NCBI RefSeq assembly: GCF_036507355.1
Contig: NZ_AP027877.1
Source of the DNA: Escherichia coli
Lineage (GTDB): Bacteria > Pseudomonadota > Gammaproteobacteria > Enterobacterales > Enterobacteriaceae
DNA length: 64,000 nt
Strand: one strand, 5' to 3'
The translations under genes were made by a program, and so were the position numbers. Shown in pieces: positions 20,784 to 32,341 of this stretch. Each line of letters begins with the position of its first letter. Position 1 is the stretch's first letter. The notes under the pieces were generated by a model. The model worked only from the letters and a program-made list of their open reading frames with translations, searched no databases and was not told the DNA's origin.

Positions 20784-21977
20784 ATGACGGAACAAGAAAA
20801 AACCTCCGCCGTGGTTGAAGAGACCAGGGAGGCCGTGGACACCACGTCACAACCTGTCGCAACAGAAAAAAAGAGTAAGAACAATACCGCATTGATTCTC
20901 AGCGCGGTGGCTATCGCTATTGCTCTGGCGGCGGGCGTCGGTTTGTATGGCTGGGGTAAACAACAGGCCGTCAATCAGACCGCCACCAGCGATGCCCTGG
21001 CTAACCAACTGACGGCATTGCAAAAAGCCCAGGAGAGCCAAAAAGCCGAGCTGGAAGGCATTATTAAGCAACAAGCTGCACAGCTTAAGCAGGCGAATCG
21101 TCAGCAAGAAACGCTGGCAAAACAGTTGGATGAAGTCCAACAAAAGGTCGCCACCATTTCCGGCAGCGATGCTAAAACCTGGCTGCTGGCTCAGGCCGAT
21201 TTTCTGGTGAAACTCGCCGGACGGAAGCTGTGGAGCGATCAGGACGTCACGACCGCTGCAGCGTTGCTGAAAAGTGCAGACGCCAGCCTGGCGGATATGA
21301 ATGACCCAAGTCTGATTACCGTTCGTCGGGCAATTACCGATGATATCGCCAGCCTTTCTGCAGTATCGCAGGTGGATTATGACGGCATCATCCTTAAGCT
21401 TAATCAGCTTTCAAATCAGGTAGATAACCTGCGTCTGGCCGATAATGACAGCGATGGTTCGCCGATGGATTCCGACGGTGAAGAGCTTTCCAGTTCCATC
21501 AGCGAATGGCGTATCAATCTGCAAAAAAGCTGGCAGAACTTTATGGACAACTTCATTACGATTCGCCGTCGTGATGACACCGCCGTACCGCTGTTAGCGC
21601 CAAATCAGGATATCTATCTGCGCGAAAATATTCGCTCTCGCCTGCTGGTCGCAGCACAAGCTGTACCGCGTCACCAGCAAGAGACTTATCGCCAGGCGCT
21701 GGAGAACGTCTCCACCTGGGTACGTGCTTACTACGATACTGATGATGCCACCACCAAAGCGTTCCTCGACGAGGTGGACCAGTTAAGCCAGCAAAATATC
21801 TCGATGGATCTTCCGGAAACCCTGCAAAGCCAGGCGATGCTGGAAAAACTGATGCAGACTCGCGTGCGTAACCTGCTGGCACAACCGGCAGCGGGGACAA
21901 CGGAAGCTAAACCTGCACCTGCACCGCAAGCTGCACCGCAAGCTGATACTCCGGCAGCCGCGCCGCAAGGAGAATAA
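20784..21977 (+). CDS. hemX: HemX (membrane protein with coiled-coil and Pro/Ala-rich tail)
   Basis: 397-aa ORF; TM segment, Q/A-rich region, C-terminal [10 protein letters not shown]. Confidence 0.9.
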   Translation: MTEQEKTSAVVEETREAVDTTSQPVATEKKSKNNTALILSAVAIAIALAAGVGLYGWGKQQAVNQTATSDALANQLTALQKAQESQKAELEGIIKQQAAQLKQANRQQETLAKQLDEVQQKVATISGSDAKTWLLAQADFLVKLAGRKLWSDQDVTTAAALLKSADASLADMNDPSLITVRRAITDDIASLSAVSQVDYDGIILKLNQLSNQVDNLRLADNDSDGSPMDSDGEELSSSISEWRINLQKSWQNFMDNFITIRRRDDTAVPLLAPNQDIYLRENIRSRLLVAAQAVPRHQQETYRQALENVSTWVRAYYDTDDATTKAFLDEVDQLSQQNISMDLPETLQSQAMLEKLMQTRVRNLLAQPAAGTTEAKPAPAPQAAPQADTPAAAPQGE

Positions 21978-21979
21978 CC

Positions 21980-23176
21980 ATGCTAAAAGTGTTATTGCTC
22001 TTTGTGTTGCTGATTGCGGGGATCGTGGTTGGCCCGATGATTGCCGGTCATCAGGGTTATGTGCTGATCCAGACCGACAACTACAATATCGAAACCAGCG
22101 TCACGGGCCTGGCGATCATATTGATTCTGGCGATGGTAGTGCTGTTTGCCATTGAGTGGCTACTGCGGCGGATCTTCCGCACTGGCGCGCACACCCGTGG
22201 GTGGTTTGTCGGGCGTAAGCGTCGCCGTGCACGTAAGCAGACCGAACAGGCGCTGCTGAAACTGGCGGAAGGCGATTATCAGCAAGTTGAAAAGCTGATG
22301 GCGAAAAATGCCGATCACGCTGAACAACCGGTGGTGAACTATCTACTGGCTGCCGAAGCCGCGCAACAACGTGGTGATGAAGCGCGCGCCAACCAACATC
22401 TGGAACGCGCAGCGGAGCTGGCCGGCAATGACACCATTCCGGTAGAAATCACCCGTGTACGTCTGCAACTGGCCCGTAATGAAAACCATGCTGCACGCCA
22501 CGGCGTGGATAAGCTGCTGGAAGTTACGCCACGCCATCCGGAAGTATTACGTCTGGCGGAACAGGCGTATATCCGCACAGGTGCATGGAGTTCGCTGCTG
22601 GATATTATCCCATCAATGGCGAAAGCCCATGTTGGTGATGAAGAACATCGTGCAATGCTGGAACAACAGGCATGGATTGGCCTGATGGATCAGGCGCGTG
22701 CCGATAACGGTAGCGAAGGTTTGCGTAACTGGTGGAAAAACCAAAGCCGGAAAACGCGTCATCAGGTAGCGTTGCAGGTGGCAATGGCGGAACATCTTAT
22801 TGAATGTGACGATCATGATACTGCCCAGCAAATTATCATCGATGGCCTGAAACGCCAGTACGACGATCGCCTACTGCTGCCGATTCCTCGACTGAAAACA
22901 AACAATCCGGAACAGCTGGAAAAAGTGCTGCGCCAGCAAATCAAAAACGTCGGCGATCGCCCGCTGTTGTGGAGCACACTGGGCCAGTCACTGATGAAGC
23001 ACGGAGAATGGCAGGAAGCATCGCTCGCCTTCCGCGCAGCGCTGAAACAACGTCCGGACGCCTACGATTACGCATGGCTTGCCGACGCGCTGGACAGACT
23101 GCACAAGCCGGAAGAAGCTGCAGCGATGCGTCGCGACGGTTTGATGTTAACGTTGCAGAACAACCCACCACAGTAG
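21980..23176 (+). CDS. hemY: HemY (TPR-containing membrane protein)
   Basis: 398-aa ORF directly after hemX. Confidence 0.9.
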   Translation: MLKVLLLFVLLIAGIVVGPMIAGHQGYVLIQTDNYNIETSVTGLAIILILAMVVLFAIEWLLRRIFRTGAHTRGWFVGRKRRRARKQTEQALLKLAEGDYQQVEKLMAKNADHAEQPVVNYLLAAEAAQQRGDEARANQHLERAAELAGNDTIPVEITRVRLQLARNENHAARHGVDKLLEVTPRHPEVLRLAEQAYIRTGAWSSLLDIIPSMAKAHVGDEEHRAMLEQQAWIGLMDQARADNGSEGLRNWWKNQSRKTRHQVALQVAMAEHLIECDDHDTAQQIIIDGLKRQYDDRLLLPIPRLKTNNPEQLEKVLRQQIKNVGDRPLLWSTLGQSLMKHGEWQEASLAFRAALKQRPDAYDYAWLADALDRLHKPEEAAAMRRDGLMLTLQNNPPQ

Positions 23177-23228
23177 TTCCTTCTCACCCGGAGGCAAGCA
23201 CCTCCGGGGCCTTCCTGACACATAAAAA

Positions 23229-23258
23229 AACGCCTGCTCTTATTACGGAGCAGGCGTT
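23229..23258. terminator. hairpin (AACGCCTGCTC...GAGCAGGCGTT) downstream of hemY
   Basis: 11-bp inverted repeat flanked by A-run on + strand (T-run on - strand). Confidence 0.4.
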
Positions 23259-23854
23259 AAAACAGGTCTGTATGACAACAAGTGGGTGCTTCACTCAACG
23301 TTGTGTCCATGGTGTCTGATGAGGCATAAGCGACATCTGTCAGTGGACGATAAGCACCGTAAACGGCTCTGCGTCATTCCGGAGTTTATGAGGCACTAAG
23401 GCGAACATAAGAGATGGAATGAGCATCTACTCGTTTATTATGCCACAGAGAATCGGGAAATAACATCCCTTAACACTTGTTATGAGATAATTCTGTAATC
23501 CTCTTTGCTTCCTGAGTAATAACTTCCTGAGTGAACATTTAACCTGAGCTTGATCCTACACATACTTATTATGAATGATAAAATTCATTCAATTAATAAC
23601 ACATATATTAATTGCCGTTAAAACTAAAAACATCATTAATAATCAACGCGATATAATAAACCTGCCTTACATATCAACTGCGCCAGAGGTAGGATTGAAA
23701 ACGCTCTCCTGATTTTTAAATTCATTTCTTGGATAAATAAATAATTTATTTTTATCACTATTATTTATGTAATCATCCTGTCAGGGAGAGGGATCTCAAT
23801 TATCAATGCTTAATTACGTCATCATTTTGTTGACATGAAACCGGAGCATTTTGC

Positions 23855-25510
23855 ATGGAATTTTCGTTTTCACCCAAACGTCTTGTTGTTGCTGTCGCCG
23901 CCGCTCTTCCTCTCATGGCCAGCGCAGCAGATACCCCGTCAACTGCCACCGCACGCAAAGGCTTTGCCGGATACGATCACCCAAACCAGTATCTGGTTAA
24001 ACCGGCGACCACTATTGCCGACAATATGATGCCAGTAATGCAGCATCCGGCGCAGGATAAAGAAACCCAGCAGAAGCTGGCAGAACTTGAGAAAAAAACC
24101 GGTAAGAAACCGAATGTGGTTGTTTTCTTGCTGGACGATGTGGGCTGGATGGACGTCGGTTTTAACGGTGGCGGCGTGGCGGTGGGTAACCCTACACCAG
24201 ATATCGACGCCGTTGCCAGCCAGGGGCTGATTTTAACTTCGGCGTATTCTCAACCAAGCTCTTCCCCAACCCGCGCCACCATTCTCACCGGACAATACTC
24301 CATCCACCACGGCATTCTGATGCCGCCAATGTACGGGCAACCGGGCGGGCTGCAAGGGTTAACCACGCTGCCGCAGTTGCTGCACGATCAGGGCTACGTC
24401 ACTCAGGCCATCGGGAAATGGCATATGGGGGAAAACAAAGAGTCGCAGCCGCAGAACGTTGGCTTTGATGATTTCCGTGGCTTTAACTCGGTGTCTGATA
24501 TGTACACCGAATGGCGCGACGTTCACGTAAACCCGGAAGTGGCCCTGAGTCCGGACCGTTCTGAATACATCAAGCAATTACCATTTAGCAAAGATGACGT
24601 TCATGCGGTGCGCGGCGGCGAACAACAGGCCATTGCCGACATTACGCCGAAATATATGGAAGATCTGGATCAACGCTGGATGGAATATGGCGTTAAGTTC
24701 CTCGACAAGATGGCGAAGAGTGATAAGCCTTTCTTCCTCTATTACGGCACTCGCGGCTGTCACTTCGATAACTACCCGAACGCCAAATATGCGGGTAGCT
24801 CTCCGGCACGCACCTCGTATGGCGACTGCATGGTGGAAATGAACGATGTGTTCGCTAATCTGTATAAAGCACTGGAGAAAAACGGTCAGCTTGATAACAC
24901 GCTGATTGTCTTTACCTCCGATAACGGACCGGAAGCCGAAGTACCGCCGCACGGACGCACACCGTTCCGTGGTGCGAAAGGATCTACCTGGGAAGGCGGC
25001 GTTCGCGTTCCGACTTTCGTGTACTGGAAAGGGATGATCCAACCGCGTAAATCTGACGGTATTGTCGATCTGGCAGATCTCTTCCCTACCGCGCTGGATC
25101 TGGCAGGGCATCCTGGCGCGAAAGTGGCGAATTTAGTGCCGAAAACCACCTTTATCGATGGTGTGGACCAGACATCTTTCTTCCTGGGAACAAATGGTCA
25201 GTCTAACCGTAAGGCCGAGCACTACTTCCTCAACGGTAAACTCGCTGCTGTGCGTATGGATGAATTCAAGTATCACGTCCTGATTCAGCAACCTTACGCT
25301 TATACCCAGAGCGGATATCAGGGTGGATTCACCGGCACAGTAATGCAAACAGCCGGATCGTCGGTGTTTAACCTGTACACCGATCCGCAGGAGAGCGACT
25401 CCATCGGCGTGCGCCATATTCCGATGGGTGTACCGCTACAGACCGAAATGCACGCGTATATGGAGATCCTGAAAAAGTATCCACCACGCGCGCAGATTAA
25501 ATCTGATTAA
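23855..25510 (+). CDS. aslA: arylsulfatase AslA
   Basis: 551-aa ORF with signal peptide and sulfatase-type region ([13 protein letters not shown]: Cys to be converted to formylglycine). Confidence 0.9.
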   Translation: MEFSFSPKRLVVAVAAALPLMASAADTPSTATARKGFAGYDHPNQYLVKPATTIADNMMPVMQHPAQDKETQQKLAELEKKTGKKPNVVVFLLDDVGWMDVGFNGGGVAVGNPTPDIDAVASQGLILTSAYSQPSSSPTRATILTGQYSIHHGILMPPMYGQPGGLQGLTTLPQLLHDQGYVTQAIGKWHMGENKESQPQNVGFDDFRGFNSVSDMYTEWRDVHVNPEVALSPDRSEYIKQLPFSKDDVHAVRGGEQQAIADITPKYMEDLDQRWMEYGVKFLDKMAKSDKPFFLYYGTRGCHFDNYPNAKYAGSSPARTSYGDCMVEMNDVFANLYKALEKNGQLDNTLIVFTSDNGPEAEVPPHGRTPFRGAKGSTWEGGVRVPTFVYWKGMIQPRKSDGIVDLADLFPTALDLAGHPGAKVANLVPKTTFIDGVDQTSFFLGTNGQSNRKAEHYFLNGKLAAVRMDEFKYHVLIQQPYAYTQSGYQGGFTGTVMQTAGSSVFNLYTDPQESDSIGVRHIPMGVPLQTEMHAYMEILKKYPPRAQIKSD

Positions 25511-25519
25511 GCCGGCGAT

Positions 25520-25660
25520 ATCGCTACATCGGGCCACACTGACCTTGCCGGATGCGGCGTGAACGCCTTATCCGGCCTACAAGCCTTGCAAATTCAATAA
25601 ATTGTAACGTTCTGTAGGCCGGATAAGATGCGGTCAGCATCGCATCCGGCAATCAACCGC
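25520..25660. repeat. REP/BIME palindromic units between convergent aslA and aslB
   Basis: GCCGGATGCGGCGTGAACGCCTTATCCGGCCTACA and inverted partner TGTAGGCCGGATAAG...CATCCGGC. Confidence 0.55.
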
Positions 25661-25676
25661 AGGCGGCCGCCGATTT

Positions 25677-26822
25677 CTACTTACTCACCACCAGCAAATG
25701 CGCCTGCATAATGTCGCTGGCCGGGCGACCGTGCGCCAGCAAATCAGCCATTGCTTTAAGATATGGCGGTAGATGGCGGAAATAACGCTGATACCCGGCA
25801 CACAAATAATTCAGCCCCGGTTTGCCGCTGGCATCGAGCATGAAGCGGTGTTTCGGGCAGCCTCCCCAACATGCTTTTAACACGTTACAACTGCGACACT
25901 GCGCCGGTAACTGCTTAAATTTATCTTCACCAAACACCTGCTGTTGCGGGGAATCGATCATTTCTGCAATTGTTTGCTGGTGCATATTCCCCAGTCGATA
26001 TTGCGGATAAACATAGTGATCGCAGGCGTAAACGTCGCCATTGTGCTCAACAATCACCGAGCGCCCACAGGTTGGCTGATGATGGCAAACCGCACCCGGC
26101 GCACCGACAAAATTGGCAAACGCCCATTCGATATTCATCACGAAAATCTTGCCGACGTCGCATTTGATCCAGTGGTCGAATATCGCCACCAGAAATTCAC
26201 CAAATTCATCGGGGCGCACCGACCATTCCGTCAGTTCCCCCTGAATATCACCAGGCGCATGTAGTTTCAGTCCATCGCGGGCAGCTGTTTCATCAGCCAG
26301 GCGCTCGACCACCGGAATAAACTGGATGAATTCGACTCCCGCATCGCACAAAAAATCATATACCTGCAACGGTTGCTGCGCGCTGGTGCGATTAACGCAG
26401 ACCAGCACGTTATAGTCGACATGATGTTTTTGCAGGAACGTCAGGGCACGCATCACCAGCTTATGCGTGGGTCTGCCACCTTTAGTCACGCGATATTGAT
26501 TGTGGATCTCAGCCGGACCATCCAGCGATAACCCAACAAGAAAATGATTTTCTGCCAGAAATGCACACCATTCATCATCGAGCAGCACGCCGTTAGTCTG
26601 GAAGCTGTTACTTATCTTCCTGCCAGCACCATATTTCGCCTGTAGCGCTACGGCACGGCGGTAAAACTCCAGCCCGAGTAGCGTTGGTTCGCCGCCCTGC
26701 CAGGTAAAAGCCACTTCGTTTTGCGGTTCGCTGGCAGCGATATAGTGACGGACATACGCTTCCAGCGTGTCATCGTCCATATGCGTGACTGGCTTTTCGC
26801 GGTAAAGGGATTGTTTTTCGAG
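25677..26822 (-). pseudogene. aslB: aslB (anaerobic sulfatase-maturating radical SAM enzyme), 3' portion downstream of the IS insertion
   Basis: ORF 25677..26849 matches AslB from ...LEKQSLYREKPVTHMDDD onward; its first ~9 codons are IS-derived; the CxxxCxxC triad is absent from this fragment. Confidence 0.8.
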
Positions 26823-27891
26823 GCTGAATTTACAATCCAAGTGCAACAAAAAAAGAAGTACTCATCAACTAGAATATAATTTTGTTTCCACACAAAAACC
26901 ACTTCCAAATGATGAGTACTTCCTACCGACATCTTACAATAAACGAGCGAGAAAAGATAATGATTTTACTCGCACAGGGCAAAAAACAAGCAGAAATTGC
27001 CAAAGCACTGGGACGTAGCTCCAGCACCATTTCTCGCGAGCTGAAACGACACGCTCTAGAAAGCTACAGTGCAACGAACGCACAAAACAGCTATTTGAAG
27101 CATCGTCAAAATAGCAAAGCACAGCGCAAATTAGAGCAGCCTGAATATTTCAATTTGGTGCAAGAAAAGTTTCTGACAGAAAACTGGTCGCCCGAACAAA
27201 TCAGCGCACGATTAAAATTGGAAAAATCTGAATTATCCATTAGTTATTCAACCATTTATCGTGGTATTTATTCAGGGTTGTTTGATATAGGCGAACGCAA
27301 AGCCAGTCGCAAACTGCGCCACAAAGGCAAAACACGGCATACAAAAAATCATCATGAAAAACGTGGCAAAATTCAGATATCCAACCATTTGAACGACCGT
27401 CCCATTTCGGCGCAAAATCGCAGTCGCTTTGGACATTGGGAAGCCGATACCGTACTGGGTAAAGCGGGTGGAGCTTGTTTGCTGACGCTGACGGAACGCA
27501 AAAGTCGTTTTGAGTTGGTGAAGAAAATTCCTGCCAAAAAAGCCGAAGCAGTCCAAAAAGCCATGATTGAATTGCTGGATTCACATATATTGCGGTCAAT
27601 TACGCCAGACCGTGGTAAAGAATTTGCCCAACATCGTTTGGTAACAGAAGCACTGGGTGTAGAATTTTACTTCCCCGAGCCGCATCAACCGTGGACACGG
27701 GGAACGAATGAAAATACAAATGGGTTACTTCGTGAATACTTTCCGAAGCACCAAGACATCAATCAGTGGAGCGAAGTTGATATTCAACAGGTGATCAATA
27801 AACTGAATTTACGACCACGTAAATGTTTAGGTTGGAAAACACCTTATGAAGTTTACTTCAAAAAATCGTTGCACTTGGTTTGACAATTCAA
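26823..27891 (+). mobile_element. IS30-family insertion sequence (ISApl1-like), ~1.07 kb, imperfect ~24-bp terminal inverted repeats, 2-3 bp target duplication (GAG/AG)
   Basis: Left end GCTGAATTTACAATCCAAGTGCAAC; right end (reverse complement) TTGAATTGTCAAACCAAGTGCAAC; GAG flanks both ends; flanks rejoin into continuous aslB; ends +/-2 bp. Confidence 0.8.
26882..27883 (+). CDS. IS30-family DDE transposase
   Basis: 333-aa ORF with N-terminal HTH (LAQGKKQAEIAKALGRSSSTISRELKRH) and C-terminal DDE region (HWEADTV...TPDRGKEF...TRGTNENTNGLLREYFPK); 307 aa if started at the internal Met. Confidence 0.85.
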   Translation: MFPHKNHFQMMSTSYRHLTINEREKIMILLAQGKKQAEIAKALGRSSSTISRELKRHALESYSATNAQNSYLKHRQNSKAQRKLEQPEYFNLVQEKFLTENWSPEQISARLKLEKSELSISYSTIYRGIYSGLFDIGERKASRKLRHKGKTRHTKNHHEKRGKIQISNHLNDRPISAQNRSRFGHWEADTVLGKAGGACLLTLTERKSRFELVKKIPAKKAEAVQKAMIELLDSHILRSITPDRGKEFAQHRLVTEALGVEFYFPEPHQPWTRGTNENTNGLLREYFPKHQDINQWSEVDIQQVINKLNLRPRKCLGWKTPYEVYFKKSLHLV

Positions 27892-27894
27892 GAG

Positions 27895-27984
27895 ATAAAA
27901 ACAGTAGTCACAGTTCAGATTACAATCGGAACCGCTCGGTTTCGCCATCACATGAAAAGCACGCGTTGGAACCTGTTGCAGCAT
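27895..27984 (-). pseudogene. aslB: aslB 5' fragment (N-terminal ~30 codons with radical-SAM Cys triad) separated by the IS
   Basis: minus strand encodes MLQQVPTRAFHVMAKPSGSDCNLNCDYCFYL, then the IS end. Confidence 0.75.
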
Positions 27985-28094
27985 GGTCGCTCCTTGCCTG
28001 AAGTCATCCTTCAATACGTTAAGGGCGAAATCATACCGTGGGGCAATGAGTTATTACGGGCGTTTATTGCGAAGGGAGGGTGACGAAATGCACA

Positions 28095-28128
28095 GAAAAC
28101 AAAAAACCCCGCCGAAGCGGGGTTCAAA
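28095..28128 (-). terminator. rho-independent terminator of the argX-hisR-leuT-proM tRNA operon
   Basis: minus strand CCCCGCTTCGGCGGGG hairpin followed by TTTTTTGTTTT. Confidence 0.6.
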
Positions 28129-28130
28129 AT

Positions 28131-28207
28131 TGGTCGGCGAGAGAGGATTCGAACCTCCGACCCACTGGTCCCAAACCAGTTGCGCTACCAAGCTGCGCTA
28201 CTCGCCG
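28131..28207 (-). tRNA. proM: tRNA-Pro (anticodon UGG)
   Basis: cloverleaf read on minus strand: CGGCGAGTAGCGCAGC...anticodon loop TTTGGGA...CCA end. Confidence 0.9.
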
Positions 28208-28249
28208 AAATACTGCTTTTTGAATTTTTAGTTCAATTCTTTAAAGTCG

Positions 28250-28336
28250 TGGTGCGAGGGGGGGGACTTGAACCCCCACGTCCGTAAGGACACTAACACC
28301 TGAAGCTAGCGCGTCTACCAATTCCGCCACCTTCGC
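28250..28336 (-). tRNA. leuT: tRNA-Leu (anticodon CAG), long variable arm
   Basis: minus strand GCGAAGGTGGCGGAATTGGTAGAC...anticodon CAG...CACCA. Confidence 0.9.
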
Positions 28337-28355
28337 ATTGTCACAACTTCTAATA

Positions 28356-28433
28356 ATGGGGTGGCTAATGGGATTCGAACCCACGACAACTGGAATCACA
28401 ATCCAGGGCTCTACCAACTGAGCTATAGCCACC
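28356..28433 (-). tRNA. hisR: tRNA-His (anticodon GUG)
   Basis: minus strand GGTGGCTATAGCTCAGTTGGTAGAGC...anticodon GTG...CCA. Confidence 0.9.
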
Positions 28434-28490
28434 ACTACAAATCTTGTTACGCGGTATTACTACCACCGCAGCTCAAGCGCCGGGACTAAA

Positions 28491-28567
<77 letters not shown>

Positions 28568-28669
28568 TTAGCGCCGTTGCGGGGGTGGATAATACGGACT
28601 TCCCACCCCTCTGTCTAGTCCCTTTTTAAATAAATTGCGCGTTTGGTTACGGTTTGTGCGTTTTGTTGC

Positions 28670-30055
28670 TTATTCCTCCAGTTTATGCGCTTTCCCGTGG
28701 CGATTAAGGCCAAAAACTTTATAAATCGCCGTCACCGCCAGCATAAAGATGATGCCAACAAACAGCGACATACGCGTATCTTCATTAAAGTACATGCCGA
28801 TCAAAACGCAAATCAGGAATGCCATTGTTACGTAGTTGGCCCACGGGAACAGGATTGAGCGGAACGGATGGCTGGCAATCGCCGCTTTATGTGCACGCCG
28901 AAAACGCAGCTGGCTTATCAATATCACAAACCATGGCACCATCCCCGGAAGCACGCTGGCACTGTAGACGTAGACAAACACACGCTGCGGATTGGGAATG
29001 ATGTAGTTCAGGCATGAGCCAATTAGCAGAATAGCAATAGATACTGCCACACCCGCAACTGGTACGCCGTGACGGGAAACTTTCGCCATCGCCGCCGGTA
29101 ACTGACGGTTTTTCGCCAGTGCGTAGAGCATACGTCCGCAACTGTACATGCCGCTGTTACAGCCAGAGAGCGCAGCCGTCAGCACCACAAAGTTGATAAT
29201 GCCCGCCGCTGCGGTAATACCGATTTTGGCAAAAGTCAGTACGAACGGGCTGCCGTTGCTGCCTATTTCATTCCACGGGAAGATGGTGACGATAACGAAA
29301 ATCGCGCCTACGTAGAAAATCAGGATCCGCCACAGCACCTTGCCTACGGCACTGCGCAGCGTCACCTGCGGATTCTTCGCTTCACCGGCAGTAATGCCAA
29401 TCAGCTCCACGCCCTGGTAGGACGCCACCACAATACACAGCGCGGTCAGGAACCCTTTCCAGCCACCCGCAAAGAAACCGCCATGCTCTGTGAGATTGCT
29501 AAAACCAATCGACTGCCCGCCATTGCCAAAGCCAAAGAAAATCACGCCCAGGCCAATGACAATCATCACGATAATCGTGGTGACTTTGATCATCGCGAAC
29601 CAGAACTCGATTTCGCCGTACAACCGCACCGCCGCCAGATTCGCCAACGCCACCAGCGCCACTGCGATCAATGCGGGTATCCACTGCGCCATCTCCGGGA
29701 ACCAGAACTGGACATAAACGCCAATGGCGGTGATTTCAGAGATCCCCACCGCCATCCACATAAACCAGTAAGACCAGGCGGTGAGATAGCCAAAGAACGG
29801 GCTCATATAACGATGCGCATAAACGGCGAACGAACCGGTAACCGGTTCGAGGAACAACATTTCGCCCATTGAACGCATGATGAAAAAGACGAACAGCCCG
29901 GCGATGATATAGGCCAACAATACGGATGGCCCGGCCCATTTCAGGGTACTGGCGGCCCCCATAAACAGGCCGACGCCAATGGTGCCCCCCAGGGCGATGA
30001 GTTCGATATGTCGAGCTTCCAGCCCACGCTGTAGCTCTGGTTTGTTATCTGCCAT
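28670..30055 (-). CDS. yifK: APC-family amino acid permease YifK
   Basis: 461-aa polytopic ORF; expected position upstream of the tRNA operon. Confidence 0.9.
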
Positions 30056-30245
30056 AAATCCTCGTGTTGTGTTTGCATGCTTTCCGGTGTTACCGGTTAT
30101 CGTTATGGGTACATCGAGTGTTGCGAATGTTTTCGTAATTCAGGAGAAATGGCAAATAAAGCATTAAAAATTTGAATGCTTTGTGTAATAAAAAAGCAGA
30201 CAGGCGACGGAGTGACCACTCCGTCGCTTTACAAAGAGAGGAAAA

Positions 30246-30986
30246 TCAGAGGTTGCCGGTGTAGTGCCAGCGTAAATAACGCAGCAAACGAAGCTGACGC
30301 TTAATGCGGCTCGGCTGCGAAAGCAGGCGGTAGAGCCACTCCAGTCCCAGCGTTTGCCAGATTTTCGGTGCGCGTTTTACGTGACCGGTGAAAACATCGT
30401 AAGTCCCGCCAACGCCCATATACAGCGCATCTGGATGCACCAGACGGCAGTCGCGCATGAAGATCTCCTGCTTTGGCGATCCCATCGCAACGGTGACGAT
30501 TTGCGCTCCGCTGGCATGAATGCGTTCAAACAGCGCCTGACGCTGCTCGGGTTTAAAATAACCATCCTGACTGCCAACGATATTCACATTCCATTGGTTG
30601 CGCAGTTTAGCTTCAGTTTGCGCCAGCACTTCAGGTTTACCGCCCACAAGAAATACCGGCGTCCCTTCTTTGCCTGCGCGCGCCATCAGCTCTTCCCAGA
30701 GATCGGCACCGGCAACGCGGGAAACCTGCGCCTGCGGGTACTTTTTACGTACTGAACGTACAACGCTGATGCCATCCGCATATTTAAATTCGGCAGCGTT
30801 AATTAACTCCCTGACCTCGGCGTTATCTTCAATGGTCAGCATTTTTTCAGCATTAATGGCAACCAGCGTTCCCTGCTTAAGCTGCCCGTCAGCAAACAGA
30901 TAATCGAGGGCGTGCTGCATATCACGCCAACCAATCAACTGTAAGCCACGCAGCGTATAGGTCGGTGCCGTGGTGTTGTTATTCAT
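30246..30986 (-). CDS. wecG: UDP-N-acetyl-D-mannosaminuronic acid transferase WecG (RffM)
   Basis: 246-aa ORF at the distal end of the ECA cluster. Confidence 0.9.
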
Positions 30987-30988
30987 TG

Positions 30989-32341
30989 TTATCCTTCAAC
31001 CTGCGTCCGGAGCGATGATTTTGTACGTTTATGAATGAGTCCGGCGCTTTCAAAAAGCCAGTACAACAGTTTTGCGATCATCAGACATGCGCCGAAGACC
31101 ACGATAAAAAAGACTACGCGTGAGACAAACGAATCCAGCCCTTCACGTGCCAGCACGATCATATTGAAGATCGCCCCAAAGCAGAAACTGTGCAATATCG
31201 CAGCCTTATAGCGATTAGTCTCGCGGTTGCCCAGCTCATACAGCCAGTCGAACCATTTGATGATCAGTCCAACCACAATCGCCCCGAGCGGGATGAACAA
31301 CGCGCCGCCCATCACCACCAGTGAGCCTATAAGCGTAGGCGAGATCGCCAGTCCGGAGTGGTTATTCAGCACTTCCCAGGTAAAGTAGTTGGCTGAGTTC
31401 AGCACCATACTCGGGCGACCCGGCCACAGCCAGGAAGGGATAAAGACATAGAAATCGCGGACAATTGGAGCCAGGCCCTGGAAGTCGATGTTGTCGTAGT
31501 TCTGCAACAGCAACGCCAGATTCTCCCACGGCGAGAAGGTGTCGCGAGTGAGATAGAGAAACGTATAGAACGCTTCATCGCCGCTCACATTCATTCCATA
31601 GCGTTTTAGCGCCAGCCAGAACATGCCAACAATCCCCAGCACGCCCGCCGCCGCCAGCATCCACAACGAAATCCAGCCGCGAATAATGCCAATAAACAGG
31701 AAGATAGCGAATGCGATGATGATATTGGCGCGAGTGCCGCCGACAATCATATAAGTCAGCAAGCCAAAGGCGACCGTGCTGACGAGGAAAAACAGCCACG
31801 CTTTGCTGTCCTGGCGCAGAAAATAGACCACCAGCATCGCCGGGATGAAAAAGTAAAAGAAGCGTTTTAACGCCACGCCGGAGACTTCACTGGAAAAGAT
31901 CTGACTGTAGGAGTTAAGCCGGAACAGCAAAAAGCCGTTGTGCATGAAGAAGATGCCGACGCTTACCAGCGCGATACCCATCAGGATCACCCACATAAGA
32001 TTGGTCTCCACGCGGTTCATGGTAAACAGCGGACGGCGCGGTACATCAGCAACGCGTTTGCGTAGGCGGGTTTTGTAGGTGACATAGTAAACCGCGTAGA
32101 AGCAGCCCGCAGAAAGCAACGCCTGCAACAAGATTTCTGGCGGCGCGACACCAACATCAAAGCGAAATACCAGCACGCTGGTCAGCGGGAAGCCGAAGAA
32201 AAAGGTGAGCAAAAACAGCAATGAAAAGAAGACATTGAAGTTAAAGCGCACACGGCGAAACTCAAACCAGGTCAGCGTGGCAATAAACAGCGTGCAGAGC
32301 AGCCAGACCACAAACAGGCCACTGAATTGCAGCAGACTCAT
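30989..32341 (-). CDS. wzyE: ECA polymerase WzyE
   Basis: 450-aa polytopic membrane ORF. Confidence 0.9.

Noticed and set aside
20784-21977. Short Pro/Ala/Gln repeats at the hemX 3' end ([10 protein letters not shown]...) as a possible variable tandem repeat
   Set aside because: This is the known low-complexity C-terminal tail of HemX; only a few codons of length variation versus the remembered reference
25520-25660. Palindromic repeat cluster after aslA as a possible CRISPR array or novel structured RNA
   Set aside because: The units are the standard E. coli REP/BIME consensus (GCCGGATG...CATCCGGC) in inverted pairs, with no regular repeat-spacer periodicity
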